64,000 nucleotides of DNA, taken from positions 5,594,471-5,658,470 of the forward strand of contig CBDEVO010000003.1 in assembly GCA_965243615.1 (NCBI GenBank), read 5' to 3'. Under the pieces are notes generated by a model. The model saw nothing but the letters and a program-made list of their open reading frames with translations, ran no database searches and was not told the DNA's origin. The DNA comes from Vicinamibacterales bacterium. Lineage in GTDB: Bacteria; Acidobacteriota; Vicinamibacteria; Vicinamibacterales; UBA8438. Shown here in pieces: positions 52,857 through 62,771 of the stretch (position 1 is the first letter of the stretch; every line of letters begins with the position of its first letter). The translations under genes were made by a program, and so were the position numbers.

Positions 52857-54207
52857 AGACCGTGCCGCCGCCCTCCCGGTTGGCGGCCCGGACCGAGCCC
52901 GCGTGGAGACCGATCAGGTGCTTGACGATCGCGAGCCCGAGGCCGGTGCCGCCGGGGTCGCGGGGCCTCGCGACGTCCACGCGATAGAACCGCTCGAAGA
53001 TCCGGGTCAGGTCCGTATCCGGGATGCCCGGGCCGCGGTCGGCGACGGTGATGCGGACGATGCCCTCCTCGCCGGCGGCGCCGAGCTCGATGGTGCTGTC
53101 GGCCGGGGCGTAGTTGACGGCGTTCTCGACGAGGTTGCGGACGGCGTCGTGGAGCTTGACGGGGTCCGCCAGGACCGTGCCCGCTTCCGGGGCGACGACG
53201 GTCCTGATGTCGAGGTCCTTGCTCTCCGCCAGCGGCGCCAGCTCGCCGGCTACCGAGCCGAACGCCGCCTCCAGCGCGCACGGGGTCAGCGTCAGATGCT
53301 CCTGGCCCGCGTCGAGGCGGGCCAGACGCAGCAGGTCGCTGACCAGCCGCTCCATCCTCGCGCTGTTCCGGGCGATGATGGCGACGAAGCGGCGTTCCTC
53401 GGGACGGTCCTCGTCGACGAGGGCCTCGACCCCGCCCCGGATCGCGGTGAGCGGCGTCCGCAGCTCGTGAGAGACGTTGGCGACGAAGTCCTGCCGGACC
53501 TGGTCCGCCCGCCGATACTCGGTGACGTCGTGGAGCACCAGGGCCACCCCCCGCTCCCCGTTGGCGGCGAAGGGCCGGGCGTTGGCGAGAAGCACCTTGG
53601 GGGGATCGGTGTTCAACCGCACCTCGTTCCCCCGTCCCGCGTCGCCGGCCACCGCCGCCGCGATGATCCGGGTCACGTCCGGATGCCGGATCAGCTCGAC
53701 GTGGAAGCGTCCCGTCGGATCGCTGTCGATGCCGAGCATGCGCTGCACCGACTCGTTGGCAATCTGCACCCGGCCCTGGTCGTCGATCACCAGGACCCCT
53801 TCGACCATGCCCCCCATGATGGCGTCGACCCGCGTCTGCTGGCCGGAGAGGTCCTTCACCTGGCGGGCCAGCTCGCGCGCCGTCTGATCGAGCGCGCGCG
53901 CCATCACCCCCAGCTCGTCGTCGCCGTGGTCGAGTCCGACGGGGAAGGGCGGCCCCGCCGTATATCGCCCGGCCATCTCGGTCAGCGCCCGGACGCGGCG
54001 GTGGAGTCGGATCGAGGCGAACCAGGCGATGGCGAGGGCGGCCCCGAGCGCCGCCAGGAACCCGGCGGCGAGCGTGTAGGCCGGCGGATCGAACCCGTCC
54101 CCGACGCTTCCCGGCGGGGCGCCCGCCGAGCCGACGAGCGCAACCGTGACCAGGGCCGCGGCGGCGACCGCAATCGAGGACAGGAACAGACGGGTCGGCA
54201 GCCTCAC
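52786..54207 (-). CDS. phoR: phosphate-regulon-type sensor histidine kinase
   Basis: Two TM helices, then HAMP, PAS, HisKA (VSHELRTPLTAI) and HATPase (GTGLGLAIVKH). It lies adjacent to phoB/phoU/pst. Confidence 0.85.
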   Translation of the reverse strand: MRLPTRLFLSSIAVAAAALVTVALVGSAGAPPGSVGDGFDPPAYTLAAGFLAALGAALAIAWFASIRLHRRVRALTEMAGRYTAGPPFPVGLDHGDDELGVMARALDQTARELARQVKDLSGQQTRVDAIMGGMVEGVLVIDDQGRVQIANESVQRMLGIDSDPTGRFHVELIRHPDVTRIIAAAVAGDAGRGNEVRLNTDPPKVLLANARPFAANGERGVALVLHDVTEYRRADQVRQDFVANVSHELRTPLTAIRGGVEALVDEDRPEERRFVAIIARNSARMERLVSDLLRLARLDAGQEHLTLTPCALEAAFGSVAGELAPLAESKDLDIRTVVAPEAGTVLADPVKLHDAVRNLVENAVNYAPADSTIELGAAGEEGIVRITVADRGPGIPDTDLTRIFERFYRVDVARPRDPGGTGLGLAIVKHLIGLHAGSVRAANREGGGTVFTIELPHPRSDGGEAVGTPAPDG

Positions 54208-54884
54208 GTGCTCTCGACGAACTTGTACCCGAACTGCTTGATGGTCACGATGTGCTCGACCAGCGTGGGGAGCTTCTCGCGCAGCCGCCGGATGTGCACG
54301 TCGACGGTGCGGGTGCCTCCGGTGTACTGGTAGCCCCAGACGTCGGAGAGCAGGAGATCGCGCGACAACACCCGGCCGGCGTGCTCGATCAGGTACTTCA
54401 GCAGCAGGAACTCCTTGGCCGTCAACCGGACCGGCCGCCCGTCGTCGCTCACCTCGTGCCGGTCGAGGTCGACGACCAGCGAGCCGAACCGGAGGATCTT
54501 GGCCGGCCCGAAGGGCTGCGTGCGGCGCAGGACGGCGCGGAGCCGCGCCACCAGCTCCCTCGGGCTGAACGGCTTGGTCACGTAGTCGTCGGCGCCGAGC
54601 TCGAGGCCCTCCACCCGGGCCTCCTCTTCGGCCCGCGCCGTCAGCATGATGATCGGCACTGCCGCGGTCTGCGGATCGCTGCGCATCAGCCGGCAGATCT
54701 CCAGGCCGCTGAGCCCGGGCAGCATCAGGTCGAGGACGACGAGGTCGGGGCGCTGACGAATCTGCTCCAGGGCGTCGTTGCCGGTCGCCACGACGCTGGT
54801 CTCGTAGCCGGCCCGCGAGAGGTGGTGCTCGACCAGCTCCGCGATGTCCGGATCGTCCTCGACGACGAGTATGCGGCTAGGCAT
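54204..54884 (-). CDS. phoB: OmpR/PhoB-family response regulator
   Basis: The receiver is ILVVEDDPDI...DLVVLDLMLPG. The winged helix is LTAKEFLLLKYL...RTVDVHIRRLREKL. Confidence 0.9.
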   Translation of the reverse strand: MPSRILVVEDDPDIAELVEHHLSRAGYETSVVATGNDALEQIRQRPDLVVLDLMLPGLSGLEICRLMRSDPQTAAVPIIMLTARAEEEARVEGLELGADDYVTKPFSPRELVARLRAVLRRTQPFGPAKILRFGSLVVDLDRHEVSDDGRPVRLTAKEFLLLKYLIEHAGRVLSRDLLLSDVWGYQYTGGTRTVDVHIRRLREKLPTLVEHIVTIKQFGYKFVEST

Positions 54885-54917
54885 CGGCAGGTGGCTCTCG
54901 GACGACCAACGGCTCGC

Positions 54918-55616
54918 TCACTGCTCCCCGCGCGGCGGCGCGTCGGCGCCGCCGGCTCCGCCCTCCCGTCCGTGATGGCGGACGTCGCGCCCCGATACGA
55001 TGAAGATGGCTTCCTCGGCGATGTTCGTGGCGTGGTCGCCGATGCGCTCGAGGTGCCGCGAGATGAGCAGGAGCTCGAGGGCGGGCTGGGTCACCGCGGC
55101 ATCCGTGCACATGACCCCGATCAGCTCGCGGAACACGCGGTCCTTGAGCCGGTCCACGGAATCGTCCCGGTCGAGGACCTCCCTGGCGAGGCGGATGTCC
55201 TGCCCCACGAACGCGTTCAGGGAATCGCGGAGCATGCCCTGGGCGATGTCCGCCATCCGGGGAACGTCGATCAGCGGCTTGACCGCGGCATGCTCCAGGT
55301 ACCGCAGGGTCGCCTCGGCGACGTTGATGGCGAAGTCGCCGATGCGTTCCAGGTCGCTGTTGATCTTGACGCCGGACACGACCACCCGCAGGTCCGTCGC
55401 CACCGGCTGATGCAGGGCGAGGAGCTGGAAGCAGCGCTCGTCGATCTCGATGTGCAACCGGTTGATCGCGTCGTCGCCGGTCAGCACCCGCTCGGCCAGC
55501 CCGTGGTCGCGGTCGACCAGCGACTGCACCGACGCGCGCACCTGCTCCTCGACGGCGCCGGCCATCACCAGCAGCCGCTCCTTGAGGTGGTCGAGGTCGT
55601 CCTGGAGGTGCGGCAT
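54918..55616 (-). CDS. phoU: phosphate signalling complex protein PhoU
   Basis: A duplicated PhoU domain, with D..IN..H and LERIGDHATNIAE motifs. Confidence 0.92.
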   Translation of the reverse strand: MPHLQDDLDHLKERLLVMAGAVEEQVRASVQSLVDRDHGLAERVLTGDDAINRLHIEIDERCFQLLALHQPVATDLRVVVSGVKINSDLERIGDFAINVAEATLRYLEHAAVKPLIDVPRMADIAQGMLRDSLNAFVGQDIRLAREVLDRDDSVDRLKDRVFRELIGVMCTDAAVTQPALELLLISRHLERIGDHATNIAEEAIFIVSGRDVRHHGREGGAGGADAPPRGEQ

Positions 55617-55621
55617 CGCCC

Positions 55622-56455
55622 CTAGCCGAGCCGGCCGGTGACGTAGTCCTCGGTGAGCCTCCGGGCCGGCGCCGTGAAGATGCGGCTCGTCAGGTCATGC
55701 TCCACGAGCTTGCCCAGCCAGAAGAACGCGGTGCCGTCCGAGACGCGGGCGGCCTGCTGCATGTTGTGGGTCACGATGACGATCGTGTAGCGGCGCTTCA
55801 GTTGATACACCAGCTCCTCGATGCGCTGGGTCGCGATGGGGTCGAGCGCCGACGCGGGCTCGTCCATCAGCAGGACGTCCGGGTCGACGGCCAGGGCCCG
55901 CGCGATGCACAGCCGCTGCTGCTGGCCGACGGACAGGGCGAGGGCCGACTCCCGCAGGCGGCCCTGCACCTCGTCCCACAGGGCGGCCGTCTTCAGGCTG
56001 GCCTCGACGCGGTCCTCCAGCTCCGCCCGCGATCCGGCGAGGCCGTTGATGCGCAGCCCGTAGGCGACGTTCTCGAACACCGACTTGGGAAACGGGTTGG
56101 ACTTCTGGAACACCATGCCGACCCGGCGGCGCACCTCGACGGGGTCGGCTTCCGGCGCGTAGATGTCCTCGCCGTCGATGAAGACGGATCCCGTCACGCG
56201 TGTCGAGGGAATGACCTCGTTCATCCGGTTCAACGCCCGGAGAAACGTGCTCTTGCCGCATCCCGAGGGGCCGACGCATGCGGTGACCCGATGAGCGGGA
56301 ATGCGCATCGACACGTTGTCGAGGGCCCGCGTCTCGCCATAGAAGCAGCTCAGGTCCCTGACGTCGACCTTCGTCCCGGTATCGACGACCTCGGCCTCGC
56401 GGCCGCGTGCCGCGACGTCGGCCAGGGACGGTATCGCCATGCTGCGTGAGGCCAT
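55622..56455 (-). CDS. pstB: phosphate ABC transporter ATP-binding protein
   Basis: Motifs [26 protein letters not shown] and [12 protein letters not shown]. Start at ATG 56455, with 56440 as an alternative. Confidence 0.95.
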   Translation of the reverse strand: MASRSMAIPSLADVAARGREAEVVDTGTKVDVRDLSCFYGETRALDNVSMRIPAHRVTACVGPSGCGKSTFLRALNRMNEVIPSTRVTGSVFIDGEDIYAPEADPVEVRRRVGMVFQKSNPFPKSVFENVAYGLRINGLAGSRAELEDRVEASLKTAALWDEVQGRLRESALALSVGQQQRLCIARALAVDPDVLLMDEPASALDPIATQRIEELVYQLKRRYTIVIVTHNMQQAARVSDGTAFFWLGKLVEHDLTSRIFTAPARRLTEDYVTGRLG

Positions 56456-56520
56456 CGTCGAGGAGCCTGCCGGGAGCGCGTGGCGAAGACCCCCGCCGCG
56501 TTCGACCGGCGGCGCGACAG

Positions 56521-57366
56521 TCACCCCTGGCATCGGTCCCGCAGCCAGGCGGCGAATCCGTTCATCCCGAGCAGCAGGACCAGCAACACCATGATACCGG
56601 CAGCCGCGTTCTCCAGGAACGCTTCCTGCGGCCGCGACATCCAGTTGAACACCTGCATCGGCAGCACCGTGAACGGCGACCAGATGCCGTCGGGCGCGAA
56701 CGGGACGTAGGTCAGGGCGCCGATCGCGAGCAGGGGCGCGGTCTCCCCGATCGCCCGCGACAGGGCCAGTATCGTCCCCGTGAGCATGCCGGGCAAGGCG
56801 ACCGGCAGCACCTGGTGCCAGACCGTCTGCCACCGCGTCGCCCCCAGGGCGTACGACGCCTCCCGCAGGGACGGCGGCACCGCCCGCAGCGCCTCGCGGG
56901 AGGCCAGGATGACCACCGGCAGCACCAGCAGGGCCAGGGTCGCGGCGCCGGCCAGCACGCTCCGGCCGAACCCCAGCGTGCGCACGAAGAGCCCCAACGC
57001 CAGGAGCCCGTAGATCACCGACGGCACCCCCGCGAGATTGGCGATGTTGATCTCGATCAGCCGGGCCCACCACCCGCGGTCGCCGTACTCTTCCAGGTAG
57101 ATCGCCGCCCCGATCCCGATCGGTACCGCCAGCACGGTGGTCACGGCGATCACCCACACCGTGCCCGCCAGCGCCGGGAAGATGCCGGCGTTCTCGGCCC
57201 GGCGCGAGGGCAGGCCCGTGAGGAAGTCCCAGGACAGCCGCCCCAGCCCGTCGCGAAGGATGTCGGCGAGCAGGATCGCGAGCACCAGGAGCCCGAGCAG
57301 GGTCGCGCCCAGCCCCAGCCCGTGCAGGGCCAGATCGGACAGCCGGCTCCGCAGCCGCGCATTCAC
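56521..57366 (-). CDS. pstA: phosphate ABC transporter permease PstA
   Basis: GTG 57366 overlaps the pstC stop (GTGA). The EAA-like loop is [16 protein letters not shown]. Confidence 0.9.
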   Translation of the reverse strand: MNARLRSRLSDLALHGLGLGATLLGLLVLAILLADILRDGLGRLSWDFLTGLPSRRAENAGIFPALAGTVWVIAVTTVLAVPIGIGAAIYLEEYGDRGWWARLIEINIANLAGVPSVIYGLLALGLFVRTLGFGRSVLAGAATLALLVLPVVILASREALRAVPPSLREASYALGATRWQTVWHQVLPVALPGMLTGTILALSRAIGETAPLLAIGALTYVPFAPDGIWSPFTVLPMQVFNWMSRPQEAFLENAAAGIMVLLVLLLGMNGFAAWLRDRCQG

Positions 57367-58253
57367 GGATACGCCTCCCGGTACCGCCCCCGCAGCCAGG
57401 TGCTGACGAGATTGAGAGAGAACGTGCTGATGAACAACAACATGCCGACCGCGAAGATCGTCCGGTAGGCGAGGGTCCCGGTCGGGGCGTCGCCGAGGCT
57501 GATCTGCACGATGTAGGCGGTCATCGTCTCGATCGGCACCAGCGGATTGAGGGTCAACCGCGGCTGCTGCCCAGCCGCGATGGCCACGATCATCGTCTCG
57601 CCGATGGCCCGCGAGACGGCGAGGACGGCGGCGGCCGAGATGCCCGACGCGGCCGCCGGGAGGACCACGCCCAGCGTCGTCTGCGCCCGGGTGGCTCCCA
57701 GCGCCTTGGACGCGTCCCGGAGACCGCGCGGAACCCCCTGCAGGGCGTCTTCCGAGAGGGACGACACCAGCGGCAGGATCATGACGCCCATGACCAGGCC
57801 GGGACTGAGCGCGTTGAATCCGGAGAGGCCGGGAATGAACTGCTGCAGGAACGGGGTGACGGCGAGCAGCGCGAAGTAGCCGTACACGACCGTGGGCAGC
57901 CCGGCCAGGACCTCCAGCACCGGCTTGACGCTCCGGCGCACCCTCGGGGGCGCGTACTCGCTGAGATAGACGGCGGTCAGCAGCCCGGCGGGAAGGGCGA
58001 CCGCGAGAGCGATGGCCGACACCAGCAGGGTGCCCGCCACCAGCGGCAGCACGCCGAAGGACTCCTGGAAGAACAGGGGCGTCCACACCGTGCCGAACAG
58101 GAACTCGAACGGCGACACCTCGCGGAAGAACCGAAGGGTCTCGATGGACAGGATCGACAGGATGCCGACGGTGACGAGGACCGAGGCCCCCGCGCAGGCG
58201 CGGAGCGCCCACTCGATGACGCCCTCGATGCGGTCCTGTCGTGTCCGCGCCAT
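57363..58253 (-). CDS. pstC: phosphate ABC transporter permease PstC
   Basis: 296 aa. Motifs [15 protein letters not shown] and RAIGETM. Confidence 0.9.
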   Translation of the reverse strand: MARTRQDRIEGVIEWALRACAGASVLVTVGILSILSIETLRFFREVSPFEFLFGTVWTPLFFQESFGVLPLVAGTLLVSAIALAVALPAGLLTAVYLSEYAPPRVRRSVKPVLEVLAGLPTVVYGYFALLAVTPFLQQFIPGLSGFNALSPGLVMGVMILPLVSSLSEDALQGVPRGLRDASKALGATRAQTTLGVVLPAAASGISAAAVLAVSRAIGETMIVAIAAGQQPRLTLNPLVPIETMTAYIVQISLGDAPTGTLAYRTIFAVGMLLFISTFSLNLVSTWLRGRYREAYP

Positions 58254-58378
58254 GCTGCGGTTCCTGTGAGGCGGTCCGGGACGCGGCCACGCGACCCGCG
58301 GCCGCGTCGGGAGTCTCGATGACGCGAAACGCCCGCGGCGCAGCCGCCAGGGTCATTCGGGGATGCACGCGGTGCGGC

Positions 58379-59449
58379 TCAGCAGTATCCGGGTCGGCTC
58401 AGCAACGCTTCCAGCGACGCGACCTCGCCGTCGCTCCTGCCCGGCCCGCAGTACATCGTGCCGACGACCCGGTCTTCCAGCCGGTGCCGCACCAGGGCAT
58501 GCTCGCGGTCCGTCAGGGACACGTACCCCACCTCCCTCACGAGCTCGGCGCCGGCCGACAGGAAGTAGCGGACGAACCCGGCGACGTCGGGCCGGTCGAG
58601 GGCTCCCGGGTTGACGTAGAGGAAGACCGGCCGGGAAAGCGGCCGGTAGGTTCCGTCCCGCACGGTGTCGGGCGACGGGCGGATCGCTCCGGCGCCGTTG
58701 GTGTCGTCCTCGTCGTCGATGGCCGACAACCCGAGCCGGTCCCGGTTCTCCTCGTAGTGGGCGTAGCCGAAGAACCCCAGCGCCAGCTCGTCGTTGGACA
58801 CGCCCTGCACGAGCACGTTGTCGTCCTCGCTCGAGGTGAAGTCGCCCCGCCCCGCCCCGGGCTCGCCGACGATGGCCCCGGTGAAGTAGTCGAACGTGCC
58901 CGAGTCGACGCCGGGGCCGAACAGGTGCAGCTCGCGATCCGGCCACTCGGGCCGGACCTGGTTCCAGCGGGTCACGGTCCCCTGCGCGGCCGGTTCCCAC
59001 ATCCGCCTCAAGTCGTCCGGCGTGAGGGTCCCGACCCAGTCGTTGTCCGCGTGCACCACGACGGCGATGCCGTCGTGCGCGATCGGCAGCTCGACGAACT
59101 CGATCCCGGCCGCCGCGCACGCCTCCATCTCCAGGGGCCGGATGGGGCGGGAGGCGCTCGAGATGTCGGTCTCCCCCGCGCAGAACTTCTCGAAGCCCCC
59201 GCCGGTGCCGGACACGCCGACCGTCACCCGGGCCTCCGGGTCCACCCGCCGGTACTCCTCCGCCACCGCCTCGGCAATCGGAAAGACGGTGCTCGAGCCG
59301 TCGACGGTGACGACCCGCGCGGCGCCGTCGATCCATCCGCGACACGCGGCCGTCCCCGCGAGCGCGGCCAGGATTCCGCAGCCCGCGAGCGACAGGGCCG
59401 GGAGCAGCCGCGGCCGGTACGACACACGACGACGGGCCACGCCTGCCAT
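58379..59449 (-). CDS. pstS: phosphate ABC transporter substrate-binding protein (PstS family)
   Basis: It has a lipoprotein/signal N-terminus. Motifs [24 protein letters not shown] and [11 protein letters not shown]. Confidence 0.9.
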   Translation of the reverse strand: MAGVARRRVSYRPRLLPALSLAGCGILAALAGTAACRGWIDGAARVVTVDGSSTVFPIAEAVAEEYRRVDPEARVTVGVSGTGGGFEKFCAGETDISSASRPIRPLEMEACAAAGIEFVELPIAHDGIAVVVHADNDWVGTLTPDDLRRMWEPAAQGTVTRWNQVRPEWPDRELHLFGPGVDSGTFDYFTGAIVGEPGAGRGDFTSSEDDNVLVQGVSNDELALGFFGYAHYEENRDRLGLSAIDDEDDTNGAGAIRPSPDTVRDGTYRPLSRPVFLYVNPGALDRPDVAGFVRYFLSAGAELVREVGYVSLTDREHALVRHRLEDRVVGTMYCGPGRSDGEVASLEALLSRPGYC

Positions 59450-59506
59450 TTCCGTACACTAGCGCCAGTCGGGCCCGGCGCGGTCAAGGGAAATGTAAAT
59501 TCTGGG

Positions 59507-59715
59507 TTACAGGTTCCCGGCGATGCGATAGCCGAGACCGAATACCGTCTCGACCCGGCTGCCGGCCGGCCCCGGCTTCGCCCGCAACCGGCCGAGGTGC
59601 ATGTCGACGGTACGGGCGTCGACGGTGTCTCCGCTCCCCCGGACGCGGTCCGGCAGGCGGTCGCGCGACAGCGCCCGATCCCGTGCTCGACCCGTAAACA
59701 GTGCGTTAATTGCCC
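59507..59715 (-). pseudogene. C-terminal remnant of an OmpR/PhoB-type response regulator (winged-helix only)
   Basis: Hand translation gives ...ALSRDRLPDRVRGSGDTVDARTVDMHLGRLRAKPGPAGSRVETVFGLGYRIAGNL*. There is no receiver domain, and an in-frame TAA lies immediately upstream of the fragment. Confidence 0.5.
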
Positions 59716-59726
59716 CGAATTAACGC
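59703..59726. promoter_or_regulatory. AT-rich perfect palindrome GCGTTAATT-N6-AATTAACGC
   Basis: 9-bp arms. It is located at the truncation point of the response-regulator remnant, between pstS and the TonB-dependent receptor gene. Confidence 0.3.
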
Positions 59727-59942
59727 GGGCGCAATCGTCCCGTAACACGCCTCAGCCTCGAGTCGGCGACAATCGGGACTCGTTTTGAGATGCTCCGGCG
59801 ACAGGGTTGGTCGCTCGTCGTCGATCGTCGCACCGGTCGGACGGTCCCGCCCCACCATCCCGCCAGACCTTCATGGCCGCGCTGTGGGCCGGCCACGCTC
59901 GGGCTTCCACTTTCTCCAATCCACGTCCCCTTGGAACAACAC

Positions 59943-62711
59943 ATGTCGACACGGCTTGCACGATCAATGCGGTTCCCGATCCGGTTGGCGGCGGCCCTGC
60001 TCGCGGCCGCCGTCCCCGCCGCGGCGCAGGACACGGGGCGGGTGGCCGGGGTGGTCATCGACCAGACCAACGCCATCCCGCTGCCCGGCGTGCCGGTCGA
60101 AGCGGTCGGCACCACCTTCGTCACCTACACCGACCTCGACGGCCGCTATGACCTCGAGCTGCCGGTCGGCGAGCACCAGCTCCGGATCGCGCTCGGCGGG
60201 TACGCCGAGCAGCTCGTCAATATCGAGATCGTCCCCGGGGCGGTCACCGAGGTGCAGGTGGCGCTGACGACCAACGTCTTCGCGGAAGAGGTGGCGGTCG
60301 TCGCCCCCACCCTCGAGGCGCAGAGCTCCACCGCGGCGGCGCAGATGATGCTGCGGATGCGCGCCCCCGGGGTGCAGGACAACATCGGCGGGTCGGAGAT
60401 GCGCTCGAACAACGACTCGGACGCGGCGGACGCCATGAGCCGGGTGACCGGGGTCTCGGTCGTCGACAGCCAGTCGGTCTTCGTCCGGGGCCTCGGCGAG
60501 CGCTACAGCAACACGACCCTGAACGGCGCGACCCTGCCCACCACCGAGCCCGACCGCCGGGTGGTGCCGCTCGACCTGTTCCCGAGCGGCCTCATCGACA
60601 GCGTCCAGGTCAGCAAGACCTACACCCCCGACAAACCGTCGCAGTTCGCGGGCGGCCTCGTCGAGATCATTCCGCTGAAGCTCCCGGCCGAGACCGCCTA
60701 CGAGTTCTCGCTCGGCGGCGCCCACAACTCCGCCACCACCGGCAAGAGCGGCCTCGGCTATGGCGGGGGCAGGCCCTGGAACGGGTTCGACGGCGGCTCC
60801 CGCGCGCTGCCCGCCGGCTTCCCCGACCGCAAGGTCATCCGCGGCGGCCGGTTCACCAGCGACGAGCTCGGGTTCCTTCGCAGCGACCTCGAGCGGCTGG
60901 GCGAGTCCTTCAGCAACGTCTGGGACCCGGTGCGGCAGGACCAGCCGATGAACCAGTCCTACAGCGGGCTGTTCGGCGGCCGCTTCGGCAAGCTGGGGGC
61001 CGTCGCCACGCTGAGGCACTCGCAGAGCTCGCAGATCACCAACGAGGAGCGCACGTTCTACAAGGTCGGCGCCGGCGGCGTCGAGCGGTTCAACGGCCCC
61101 TACGACTTCGACGAAACCCAGTTCGTATCGACGGTGGGCGGCGTCGGCAACCTCGCCTACCAGTTCAGCCCGAACCACCGGCTGTCGGTCGACAACTTCT
61201 ACACGCACGTCGGCACCGACGAGACCCGCGTCTTCCAGGGGTTCAACACCGACGCCGACGCCGACATCCGCAACCAGCGGCTCTTCTTCGTCGAGGAGCA
61301 GATCCGAACCCACCACGTGGGCGGCGACCACCTGTTCCCCAACGCCTCGAACAGCCGGCTCGACTGGAAGATCGCCGTCTCGCAGGCGGACCGGGCCGAG
61401 CCCGACCTGCGCGAGGTGCTGTACGAGTTCGACCCCGCGCGCGAGGCGTTCGTGCTCGCCGACGAGTCGCAGAGCGGGCTGCGCCAGTTCAACGACCTCG
61501 TCGACGACAGCGTGGAGCTCAGCGCGAACTGGTCGACGCTGGTGGAGAACTGGGCGGGGCTGCCGACCCAGTTCAAGTTCGGGACCAGCTACATCGACCG
61601 CACCCGCGACTTCCTGTCGCGCCGGCTCCGGTTCGTCCCGACGAACACGCGCGGCCTCGACCTCTCGCGGCCGGCCGAGGAGCTGTTCACGTCGAGCTTC
61701 ATCGGCCCCAACTTCCAGCTCAAGGAGGAGACGCGGCCGACCGACCAGTACGACGCGGCCCAGGAGACCCTGTCCGCCTACGGCATGGTCGACGTGCCCC
61801 TGGCGGTGCGGCTCCGCCTCGTGGCGGGGGCCCGGGTCGAGAACTTCCGGCAGCAGGTCGACACCAAGGATCCCTTCGCGCGCGCCGTCTTCGGCACCAC
61901 CGGCGTCATCAGGGCCAACCTCGACGAGACCAACGTCTTCCCCGCCATCAACCTCGTGTACTCGATCCGGAACAACCAGAACCTCCGGGTCGGGGTCAGC
62001 CAGACCGTCAACCGCCCCGAGTTCCGGGAACTCGCGCCGTTCGAGTTCACCGACGTGGTCGGCGGCCGAGCCACCGTCGGCAACCCCGACCTGCGGCAGT
62101 CGCTGATCCAGAACGTCGACGTGCGCTGGGAGCTCTTCCCCGGCTCCGGTGAGGAAGTGGTCGCGGCGAGCTTCTTCTACAAGAACTTCGACAACCCCAT
62201 CGAGCGCATCGTCGAGCCGACGGCCCAGCTCCGGACCTCGTTCACCAACGCCGGCTCGGCCCGCAACGCCGGCTTCGAGATCGAGGGCCGCAAGGCGCTC
62301 GGCCAGTACCTGTTCCTCGGCGCCAACTACACCTGGGTCGACTCCGAGGTCACCCTCGACGCCGCCGCGCGCCAGGTGCAGACGTCGCTGGTGCGCCCCC
62401 TCGCCGGCACGTCGAAGAACCTCTTCAACTCCATGATCGAGGTGAGCAACGCCGGCTACTCGGGCCGCCTGCTGCTCAACTTCTTCGACGACCGCATCAG
62501 CGACGTCGGGTCGCTCGGCCTCCCCGACATCATCCAGGACGCGCGGAGCTCGCTCGACCTCGTCTTCGCCAAGCGCTTCCGGCAGGTCAGCTTCCGATTC
62601 GCCATCTCGAACCTGACCGACGCACCGTACGTCTTCCGGCAGGGCGGGCTCGACCAGCGGGTCTACAGGCTCGGCCGCACCATGGCGTTCGGCCTCTCGG
62701 TGCACCCGTAG
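59943..62711 (+). CDS. TonB-dependent receptor with N-terminal carboxypeptidase-regulatory-like domain
   Basis: 922 aa from ATG 59943, with a signal peptide. It has GRVAGVVIDQTNAIPLPGVPVE...DLDGRYDLELP (CarbopepD_reg-like), a plug (VRGLGERYSNTTLNG) and a C-terminal beta-barrel ending ...AFGLSVHP. Confidence 0.9.
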   Translation: MSTRLARSMRFPIRLAAALLAAAVPAAAQDTGRVAGVVIDQTNAIPLPGVPVEAVGTTFVTYTDLDGRYDLELPVGEHQLRIALGGYAEQLVNIEIVPGAVTEVQVALTTNVFAEEVAVVAPTLEAQSSTAAAQMMLRMRAPGVQDNIGGSEMRSNNDSDAADAMSRVTGVSVVDSQSVFVRGLGERYSNTTLNGATLPTTEPDRRVVPLDLFPSGLIDSVQVSKTYTPDKPSQFAGGLVEIIPLKLPAETAYEFSLGGAHNSATTGKSGLGYGGGRPWNGFDGGSRALPAGFPDRKVIRGGRFTSDELGFLRSDLERLGESFSNVWDPVRQDQPMNQSYSGLFGGRFGKLGAVATLRHSQSSQITNEERTFYKVGAGGVERFNGPYDFDETQFVSTVGGVGNLAYQFSPNHRLSVDNFYTHVGTDETRVFQGFNTDADADIRNQRLFFVEEQIRTHHVGGDHLFPNASNSRLDWKIAVSQADRAEPDLREVLYEFDPAREAFVLADESQSGLRQFNDLVDDSVELSANWSTLVENWAGLPTQFKFGTSYIDRTRDFLSRRLRFVPTNTRGLDLSRPAEELFTSSFIGPNFQLKEETRPTDQYDAAQETLSAYGMVDVPLAVRLRLVAGARVENFRQQVDTKDPFARAVFGTTGVIRANLDETNVFPAINLVYSIRNNQNLRVGVSQTVNRPEFRELAPFEFTDVVGGRATVGNPDLRQSLIQNVDVRWELFPGSGEEVVAASFFYKNFDNPIERIVEPTAQLRTSFTNAGSARNAGFEIEGRKALGQYLFLGANYTWVDSEVTLDAAARQVQTSLVRPLAGTSKNLFNSMIEVSNAGYSGRLLLNFFDDRISDVGSLGLPDIIQDARSSLDLVFAKRFRQVSFRFAISNLTDAPYVFRQGGLDQRVYRLGRTMAFGLSVHP

Positions 62712-62771
62712 CCGCGACCAGGGCGCGAGAAGGCCAGAGATTCAGAATCATCCGAACCAGGACAGACGAGC

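Noticed and set aside
59489-59513. Pho-box-like sequence CTGTAACCCAGAATTTACATTT upstream of pstS
   Set aside because: Only the first half-site resembles CTGTCAT. The second repeat is poor, and the site overlaps the stop codon of the regulator remnant. The acidobacterial PhoB consensus is unknown to me, so I cannot support the call.
59964-62705. 913-aa minus ORF, and 62748..63830 minus ORF
   Set aside because: They are antisense shadows of the TonB-dependent receptor and of the downstream secreted repetitive protein.
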